A stretch of 21,648 nucleotides of DNA from a virus, in the IMG/VR virus record IMGVR_UViG_3300015608_001846, positions 1-21,648 of that record; one strand, written 5' to 3'. The notes under the pieces were generated by a model that searched no databases, was not told the DNA's origin, and was given only the letters and a program-made list of their open reading frames with translations. Below, one piece after another: positions 14,380 through 20,463 of this stretch. A program made the translations under genes and the position numbers. Position 1 is the stretch's first letter; every line of letters begins with the position of its first letter.

Positions 14380-15245
14380 TGCGTTCTTCGATTTTGTACG
14401 TTCGGCACCCAGTGCGTCGTCCGGTTGTCAGCTGTCAATTCACGAACGACTGGGTTGCCCAAAGGGTCGACCGGTTTACCGTACACCGCAAATCGACTAG
14501 ACGCTTCGCCTTTTTGCCCACCTACTTCTCGGTAGGTAAGCATGCTAGCTCCGTGCAACTCGTAGCTGCGTTGTAACACGTCGATGATGGCACATCGGAG
14601 GCATTCAATCTCGGTCGACGACAGGTCGTGCACAACGTCGTGAGGTGAAAGCCTTGCTGCGTAAAGGGCCTCAGCCTTGACGTAATTGCCGACGCCACTG
14701 ACAACGGACTGATTCATCAACGTTGCGGCCAACGTCCAAGAATGCTTGCGTAACAAGGCCTGGCGAAATGTTTTAGCATCAGGTGGGTCATTGAGCATGT
14801 CGGGTCCCAGGGACGCAAGCTTCTTTGCGTGTGCAGCTGCACTGTGCACAAACTTGATGGTGCCAAAGCGACGTGGGTCATTGAAGTAGACTGTGTCGAA
14901 CTGATCTACGCCGAGTCCAGAGTCATTGCAGTAGAAACCGAACGCTGTGTGTTGGGTCTTGTCACGAGAAAACTGACCTGACATGCCGTACGTGATCCAC
15001 ACGTACCACACGTCTTCATCGTGCGTCCGTTTCAGCGTCCACCACATGAACTTACCCTTGACGTCGATCGACTGGATGACGTAGGCTCCAAGCGTACCCA
15101 GTGACTTTATGAATTCATCAAACCCGGTTGGGTTGTTACGAGCGTACCGCCCTGTCTCCGAGGAGAAGGCGTTGACGATCTGCTTGTTGAGCAACAAACG
15201 TCGCAATTGATCGCGGCTGTGTGAAACCTCAGCGCCTTCAGGCAT
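14376..15245 (-). CDS. Fpg/Nei-family DNA glycosylase/AP lyase with zincless C-terminal finger
   Basis: The start is set at ATG 15245 so the protein begins MPEGAEV (catalytic Pro2/Glu3). The ORF-track start at 15278 would bury the proline. Also has the KGKFMWW lysine motif and H2TH LMNQSVVSGVGNYVKAEALY. The C-terminus VYGKPVDPLGNPV...THWVPNVQ has the finger pattern but no cysteines. Confidence 0.9.
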   Translation of the reverse strand: MPEGAEVSHSRDQLRRLLLNKQIVNAFSSETGRYARNNPTGFDEFIKSLGTLGAYVIQSIDVKGKFMWWTLKRTHDEDVWYVWITYGMSGQFSRDKTQHTAFGFYCNDSGLGVDQFDTVYFNDPRRFGTIKFVHSAAAHAKKLASLGPDMLNDPPDAKTFRQALLRKHSWTLAATLMNQSVVSGVGNYVKAEALYAARLSPHDVVHDLSSTEIECLRCAIIDVLQRSYELHGASMLTYREVGGQKGEASSRFAVYGKPVDPLGNPVVRELTADNRTTHWVPNVQNRRTQ

Positions 15246-15594
15246 CGCTTTCCTCGATTTCTTCTGTGGGTGAAACAACCACGGGAGTGGGTTCAGTCAA
15301 TTCATAACGATCATCGATACGAACGTCGTGGATGTGTGGCCAGACGTAAGCGAAGTGACCGGCGGTCTCGTCCCAAACGTTCAGTGCGTCCTGGTACGTG
15401 TTGAAGAAGGTTCCCTCGTGGATTTTCCCATCTTCCTTCGAAGCAAACACGATCCTCGTCTTGGGTTGCAGCTGCAACGATCCGCTGACGTATGCAGGAG
15501 CCATGGCGTTGAGGTCGAGCCTGATTCGACGGACCCTTTGGACCACACGAAGCTTCTTTGCTTTGCCTTCAAGTATCTTCTTTGCGTTGCTCAT
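15238..15594 (-). CDS. hypothetical protein (118 aa)
   Basis: The ORF-track ORF 15238..15741 is trimmed to ATG 15594 (MSNAKKILEG), because the upstream part lies out of frame inside the well-supported MBD4-like gene. It overlaps the Fpg/Nei start by 8 nt. Confidence 0.5.
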   Translation of the reverse strand: MSNAKKILEGKAKKLRVVQRVRRIRLDLNAMAPAYVSGSLQLQPKTRIVFASKEDGKIHEGTFFNTYQDALNVWDETAGHFAYVWPHIHDVRIDDRYELTEPTPVVVSPTEEIEESDA

Positions 15595-16030
15595 TGAGTT
15601 TTTCTCGGGCCCATCGATGGTATCTGACCAATGCGTGGTCGTTAGGTGGGTCGTCTCCCAAACGGCCCAAGCAAAAGATCTCCCAAGCTCGAGCGCCGTA
15701 ATCACCGACGCCGGGCAGCTGGTGAGCGTGGTGCCAATCACCTGCCTGAAATGCAGCTGTCATCTTGAAGATGTTGTCAGTTCGACGGTTGGCGAATCCC
15801 AGGGGACGACAGACATTGACGACATCGTCACGTGATGCTCGTAGCAGCGTTGTTGGATCAGGCCACCGACGGATGAATTGTGGCAGCACCCGCTCGACTT
15901 GTTTCCGCGATGTGCAATTCAAGAACATACACGCTAGCAAGATGCGCCACTCTCCGACGGAGGTGCCGTCCCAAAGATCCTCTTGGATCAACCCGTACGG
16001 GCTCCTGGGCGGGATGCGTACCGATGTCAT
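15569..16030 (-). CDS. MBD4-like HhH-GPD mismatch (T/U:G) DNA glycosylase, catalytic domain only
   Basis: Collinear with the remembered human MBD4 glycosylase domain: PPRSPYGLIQEDL, WRILLACMFLNCTS, LPGVGDYGARAWEIFC and PPNDHALVRYHRW. The PNDH Asp aligns with the catalytic Asp of PEDH. ATGA overlap with the upstream gene. Confidence 0.85.
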   Translation of the reverse strand: MTSVRIPPRSPYGLIQEDLWDGTSVGEWRILLACMFLNCTSRKQVERVLPQFIRRWPDPTTLLRASRDDVVNVCRPLGFANRRTDNIFKMTAAFQAGDWHHAHQLPGVGDYGARAWEIFCLGRLGDDPPNDHALVRYHRWAREKLNEQRKEDT

Positions 16031-17115
16031 CGCATGCGATGCAGACCCAAGGCAGCGTTACCGTCGAGCAGCTTGTCAGCTCGAACAACGTCGTCTTGCG
16101 TCAAGACGTTGAGACACCTTTCCGGTTCAACACAAACGTACGTTGCAGGCACACATGACGTCAAGCTTGACAACGAGCGCTCGATCTTCATCGTCACCTG
16201 GTGTTGACGGAGTTCACGTTTCCGTGTGTAAGGCAGGTCGACCGAGCGAACCAGCGTCGCCACGTCGATGACCATGCAACCGTTCGAACCAAAGTGTGCT
16301 GGTTCACTGTTGGGTGGAACATCGTCTAGTGTGACGAACGTCTGCCTCCCGTCGGCCCAATACAACAGGTCATCAAGGCGTTGGTTTTTCTCTGTGGGGA
16401 TGACCTCACATGTCAATTGTGAACCCTGTCGGATGTGGCGTGCCAGCACCCGCAGGTCAATGTCAGCCAACACGTTGCTGACTGGAACTACATACAGGTG
16501 TTTAACCTGAGGATTGTCAGTGAGAACGCCCGACTCAATCAACGCCGCACCCAGGTCGCCAGTGCCAGTCGGGTGTCGTATGACTTTTCCATCGTCAGAC
16601 ACGTGAAGCGAGTAATCCGGACGAAGCACCGGTGCGTCGAACTGCTCAAAGAGGCTGCACGTCGGTTGGGGTGACAGCGTAGAGAGCTCACTAGCGTATC
16701 GTTCGAGGGTGTTAGGGGCGACCATGATCCACGTCAACGCTGTCGTTGCCCTGTCGTTCACCGACACGGTCGCTTGAAAGATCTTATGTGTGACCAATGA
16801 CACACCGACACCAGGCAACCTGATGAACGATTTCGAACCGCCTGTCCTAGAACCGATCCCACCCGCAAGGACGACGAAGGCCACGTGGCCCTGCTCGACG
16901 AGTTCGAATGCGTGGTTGATTTCGTCAAGAGCGACATCGTCGACCGTCTGCAACTCGTTTGTTGAGACCGGTTCACATGCGTGGATCGCTGGCTTGACGT
17001 TGACCAATGCAGCTACGTACTGTTCCAGATCGACCTGACCCGCCCTCTGACGGAAACCAACCGTTGGTTGCCACTGGTTGCGCAGCGCAGCAACAAAACC
17101 GTGTTCGATTCGCAT
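16027..17115 (-). CDS. UDP-sugar pyrophosphorylase (UDPGP/UAP family nucleotidyltransferase)
   Basis: Start set at ATG 17115 (AAGG 8 nt upstream, 4 nt after the previous stop) rather than TTG 17154. VAFVVLAGGIGSRTGGSKSF, LTWIMVAPNT, HPTGTGDLGAAL, LYVVPVSNVLADID and TCEVIPTEKNQ parallel the remembered UAP1 motifs (LLAGGQGTRLG, WYIMTS, PDGNGG, VDNILVK, KVVEKT). Confidence 0.75.
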   Translation of the reverse strand: MRIEHGFVAALRNQWQPTVGFRQRAGQVDLEQYVAALVNVKPAIHACEPVSTNELQTVDDVALDEINHAFELVEQGHVAFVVLAGGIGSRTGGSKSFIRLPGVGVSLVTHKIFQATVSVNDRATTALTWIMVAPNTLERYASELSTLSPQPTCSLFEQFDAPVLRPDYSLHVSDDGKVIRHPTGTGDLGAALIESGVLTDNPQVKHLYVVPVSNVLADIDLRVLARHIRQGSQLTCEVIPTEKNQRLDDLLYWADGRQTFVTLDDVPPNSEPAHFGSNGCMVIDVATLVRSVDLPYTRKRELRQHQVTMKIERSLSSLTSCVPATYVCVEPERCLNVLTQDDVVRADKLLDGNAALGLHRMR

Positions 17116-17119
17116 CGAA

Positions 17120-17308
17120 TCAACCTTGCGTGGGAGGATGCTTGACAAAGACAACGACCTTGTCCCCAGTGATCTTTGCTAGCATGCCTTCCAGCGCCGA
17201 CCGCGTGAAAACAAAGACGTGACCGTCCCTGACAGCTGCACACGAAACGCCCATTGCCTCAGCGCTTGACACGAGAAAGTCTGCTGCATCGTCTGTTTTA
17301 ACAGTCAT
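17120..17308 (-). CDS. hypothetical small protein (62 aa)
   Basis: ATG 17308 preceded by GAAGGGA. It fits exactly between the NUDIX and UDPGP genes; no family recognised. Confidence 0.45.
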   Translation of the reverse strand: MTVKTDDAADFLVSSAEAMGVSCAAVRDGHVFVFTRSALEGMLAKITGDKVVVFVKHPPTQG

Positions 17309-17365
17309 GTTCCCTTCATACTACTGTAATCAAACACAGTGTGCAATGGTAAGGATCACTCGAGG

Positions 17366-17905
17366 CTAGATCATCGATGCTAACCGAGCAAACAATTGAC
17401 GATTGTAGTCAGCAAACGGTGATGTGGTCGGGTCGATGAGGACGTTGGGTTGGACCCAGCGAATCACGCCCTCTTCGTCAGACTCGATCTGACCGGTCAC
17501 CTGGCACGCAAACGTCGTGGTGACATATTCACCATCATCTGCCACAAAGACCCGCTGAAGGCTGATGCAGTCTAGTCCCGTTTCTTCCTTTAGCTCCCGC
17601 GCTGCCGCTTCTTCGGGTGTCTCACCGGGGTCGACTTTTCCTCCTGGCAAGCCCATCATCGTCGGGTCGTCGCGTCGGCTGACGGCTAGCACAGTACCGT
17701 CATCAGCGACGACGAGGACACATGCAGCTCGACGAAGCGCCTTGGGTTCATCGAGCTCGTCGAGCTCTTCCCACGTGGCCAATCCATCGTTGGGCCTGAC
17801 TGCAACGTCGTATCGCATGTTACCAGCAGGCGACGGAGCATCCATCGCAAAGCCGTCGAGGACCTCTCGCACCAAAGCACGTAGGCCCTTGATGTCACTG
17901 AGCAT
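17366..17905 (-). CDS. NUDIX hydrolase with ~55-aa N-terminal LRxLVRE-NMRY extension
   Basis: NUDIX box GGKVDPGETPEEAAARELKEETGL. The N-terminus MLSDIKGLRALVREVLDG...GNMRYD matches the N-termini of 8425..8652 and 6438..6722. Confidence 0.9.
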   Translation of the reverse strand: MLSDIKGLRALVREVLDGFAMDAPSPAGNMRYDVAVRPNDGLATWEELDELDEPKALRRAACVLVVADDGTVLAVSRRDDPTMMGLPGGKVDPGETPEEAAARELKEETGLDCISLQRVFVADDGEYVTTTFACQVTGQIESDEEGVIRWVQPNVLIDPTTSPFADYNRQLFARLASMI

Positions 17906-18143
17906 TGACGTAGTCCATGCATGCTAGCTGACACGAAGTGACGCACGTGCCAGCAAAGCACTCTTCACCCAATCGACACACGTTGCTCGAACCACACTCG
18001 ACCCGGGTGTCAACGACGCCGTCAGGGTGTTGTGATACGCATGCGTCAACACACTCTTTCCACTCAGACCTCACCGAATCAGGCACCGGAGCGACCAACG
18101 ATCCACAACCGACCAAACACAACAGCAACAACTTCCACATCAT
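17895..18143 (-). CDS. Cys-rich secreted lipoprotein
   Basis: Start set at ATG 18143, giving the signal peptide MMWKLLLLCLVGC with an LVGC lipobox. The mature part carries 8 further cysteines. It lies directly downstream of the GH25 lysin and overlaps the NUDIX start by 11 nt. Confidence 0.65.
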   Translation of the reverse strand: MMWKLLLLCLVGCGSLVAPVPDSVRSEWKECVDACVSQHPDGVVDTRVECGSSNVCRLGEECFAGTCVTSCQLACMDYVNAQ

Positions 18144-18172
18144 GTGATGATAACACGTTTTCAGTCTGGCGT

Positions 18173-19069
18173 TCACTTGTTTTGCTTCTGCAATAACGTC
18201 AAGATCAACCTGAAGAACGCCAGGATGTAGCCCAAGATCCCTGACGGCGTGGTGTTCGGCAACGTGATCGACCCAGCGGCCGCAGCAGCCGATTCAGTGT
18301 CCAGGACAGTCGTTGTTGACGTCGGCACGGGCTGTTCAGGTTGTACAACGGGCGTTTGTTCCGGACTGGGCGGGACGGTGACAGGTTCGATCGGAGCGGG
18401 ATCAGCAGCGCGAGGCCGCGCTGAGTGCATCATGATCTCTTCAAATGGGACGCGCAACCGGTTGCGATCGACGACAGTCGGGACGCCAGGGACCCGCCCG
18501 ATGTTGCCCGCGCCAGCAGCGTACTGCCACATGATCCACATCACCCAGGGCCTGGGGACGATCGGCTTGAGTGCCGTCGTGTAGTGTGCGATCCACAACG
18601 GGTAGACAGCGAGATCAGTCGCCTCGGTCAGTTTCCTACGCGATGCCCAAAACCCAGGGTACGTGTAGAGAAAAGGTACCACGTTGAGCCGCTCGCGGCA
18701 GCGCGCCATGAAGGTGCGGATCGCATCGAGCCATTCATCATCGGTGGCTGCCTTGTTGTTGTCGGTCTCGCAGTCCAACATCGGCAGCAGCTCACAACCT
18801 TCCTTTTCGATGATGTCACAGAAGACATCAGCCTGTTGCCGTGCATCCTGAGGTTGGCCATGGCGGACTCGTAGGTAATGGTACCCACCCGTCAGCAGGC
18901 CGGCCTCCTTGGCCTTTGCGATGTGTTGTGAAAAGCGCGGATCAGCTATGGGCGTCGATGACCCGCCTTCTGACGCTTTTGCATAGACGAACTGGATCGT
19001 CTTGGCGGCCAGTTGCCAGTCGATCGAGTTCGGGTTTTGGTACCTGCTGACATCGATTCCTTCGAGCAT
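18173..19069 (-). CDS. GH25 muramidase (endolysin-like) with Pro-rich linker and C-terminal hydrophobic helix
   Basis: GH25 pattern GIDVSRYQ..IDW, FVYAKASEG, GGYHYL, LPMLDCE, WIAHY, WQYA...VDRN. This is followed by a PAPIEPVTVPPSPEQTPVVQPEQPVP linker and the tail GILGYILAFFRLILTLLQKQNK. Confidence 0.9.
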   Translation of the reverse strand: MLEGIDVSRYQNPNSIDWQLAAKTIQFVYAKASEGGSSTPIADPRFSQHIAKAKEAGLLTGGYHYLRVRHGQPQDARQQADVFCDIIEKEGCELLPMLDCETDNNKAATDDEWLDAIRTFMARCRERLNVVPFLYTYPGFWASRRKLTEATDLAVYPLWIAHYTTALKPIVPRPWVMWIMWQYAAGAGNIGRVPGVPTVVDRNRLRVPFEEIMMHSARPRAADPAPIEPVTVPPSPEQTPVVQPEQPVPTSTTTVLDTESAAAAAGSITLPNTTPSGILGYILAFFRLILTLLQKQNK

Positions 19070-19115
19070 GCAGCTACATAGCTAGTTACAGCTAGAATTT
19101 CACAAGGTTGGTCAA

Positions 19116-20024
19116 GTGCTAAAAGAAATTGCCAAGATCACAGTTGAGAAAAGAAAGAACCAACACTCCGTTCCATTGCCACGGGAACACGATGTTGGCA
19201 TTTTTGAGTGTGATTCTTGTCACACGGAATTTAAGGTTGAATTCAACCTGGGAAACAAGCTCAAACATGCGCACCATTACTGCTCAAGACCGTGTCAGTA
19301 CGCAGCACGTCGTCGCGGTGGATGTCAGTATGACGTCTACCAAACATTTCAGAATCCATACGCTCGACCGGACGTCAGAGAGAAAATCCGTCAAAGAATG
19401 CTTGAACGTTATGGTGTCATGTATCCCAGTGAATCACCAGAGCTTAGAAAACGAGCACACGAAACCCTTCAAAGACATTACGGTGGATTGGGATTTGCTG
19501 CCTCGTACGCACACAAATTTGATCATGCATCTATGATCAAGAAGCGCGCTGAGACGATGCGTACAAACGGTACACATCGACAATCAAGAGAGGAGGATCG
19601 ATTCCATGAATTCTTGCGTCAGTATTTTTCTGACATTAAACGACAGGTCACCATTAGAGGTCGTTGGACAATCGACTTCTACATCAACGACATTGACGTC
19701 TACGTGCAATTCGACGGAATTTACTGGCACGGACTAGACAGACCCATCGAGATCATTCGACAACACGCTTCACGACAAGATGTGATCATCGAGCAAAAAT
19801 GGAAAACAGATCAAGAACAGGTCGCCTGGTTTGCTGAGAACAACCTGACCCTGATCAGGATTCGGTCTGATCACTTCGATTTCAAGAAGAACGAGTGCGA
19901 CTCTTTTCTTGAAGCCGTTGTTTCACTCCTTCAACGTCGATCAATTGACCAGCTGCACGACGTGCGTCAATTTCACACGGATTTGACCAGTAGTAATGCG
20001 AGCTCGGGCAGCACAGCCAGATAA
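19116..20024 (+). CDS. putative free-standing homing-type endonuclease (zinc ribbon + helical repeats + Vsr/PD-(D/E)xK-like core)
   Basis: N-terminal CDSC...CSRPC. Three repeats of the type NPYARPDVREKIRQRMLERYG / SPELRKRAHETLQRHYG. C-terminal SREEDRFHEFL...WTIDFYINDIDVYVQFDGIYWHG resembles the Vsr/DUF559-type nuclease core. It is the only plus-strand gene in its neighbourhood and visibly more A/T-rich. The GTG start is uncertain. Confidence 0.7.
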   Translation: MLKEIAKITVEKRKNQHSVPLPREHDVGIFECDSCHTEFKVEFNLGNKLKHAHHYCSRPCQYAARRRGGCQYDVYQTFQNPYARPDVREKIRQRMLERYGVMYPSESPELRKRAHETLQRHYGGLGFAASYAHKFDHASMIKKRAETMRTNGTHRQSREEDRFHEFLRQYFSDIKRQVTIRGRWTIDFYINDIDVYVQFDGIYWHGLDRPIEIIRQHASRQDVIIEQKWKTDQEQVAWFAENNLTLIRIRSDHFDFKKNECDSFLEAVVSLLQRRSIDQLHDVRQFHTDLTSSNASSGSTAR

Positions 20025-20367
20025 ACAGTGCGTTGAGCCCGTACATCAATGCCCAAAAAATGCCGGCTCTCATCACCTGCTTGACGTGTTGGCCTTCGTG
20101 CGTCAATAGACGGTCCCACTTCGCAGTGTCAGCTGGATCTGCGTCAGCGACGATGACATTGCCGATGCAGTGACCACCCCAGCGATCCCAGTACGCCTTC
20201 AGCGGCCCCTTGACCCGATCGGGCACAGGGCAAAACACTAGAGCGTCGCGTTCGATGCCGTGGTACTTGTACCAACCCAAGGCCCAGAACACGCTGACGT
20301 ATGTCAGACACGCCAGTGTCAAGGGCGACGCCCAGATGAATCCCAACACCTTCAAAAGCATCGACAT
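19882..20367 (-). CDS. membrane-associated HExxH protein (putative zinc metallopeptidase-like)
   Basis: ATG 20367 with GGGAGG 5 nt upstream. It has N-terminal hydrophobic helices (LGFIWASPLTLACLTYVSVFWALGW), an HEGQH motif, a second hydrophobic segment and NPCEIDA. The 3' 143 nt overlap the convergent endonuclease gene. Confidence 0.6.
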   Translation of the reverse strand: MSMLLKVLGFIWASPLTLACLTYVSVFWALGWYKYHGIERDALVFCPVPDRVKGPLKAYWDRWGGHCIGNVIVADADPADTAKWDRLLTHEGQHVKQVMRAGIFWALMYGLNALFIWLCCPSSHYYWSNPCEIDARRAAGQLIDVEGVKQRLQEKSRTRSS

Positions 20368-20463
20368 CGAGACCTCCCGAGTTAGATAGGCAAACAGGTA
20401 CGATCTATTTGATCATCAGGCGCCGGGCCGGTTCCAAGGCGATGACGAACCTATGCAATTCAC

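Noticed and set aside
14097-14576. 159-aa plus-strand ORF and neighbouring plus ORFs (14057..14317, 14353..14535)
   Set aside because: They are antisense to the Fpg/Nei C-terminus and to 14029..14379. Their composition is Arg/Ser/Cys-rich.
15246-15278. ORF-track start of the Fpg/Nei gene (MFHPQKKSRKA...)
   Set aside because: The family requires Pro as the first mature residue. ATG 15245 yields MPEGAEV, the canonical N-terminus.
15595-15741. N-terminal 49 aa of ORF 15238..15741
   Set aside because: This part overlaps the conserved C-terminal helices of the MBD4-like glycosylase in another frame. The internal ATG 15594 gives a compact arrangement.
18249-18874. Plus-strand ORFs inside the GH25 gene (18249..18584, 18425..18874)
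   Set aside because: They are antisense to a gene with full GH25 motif complement.
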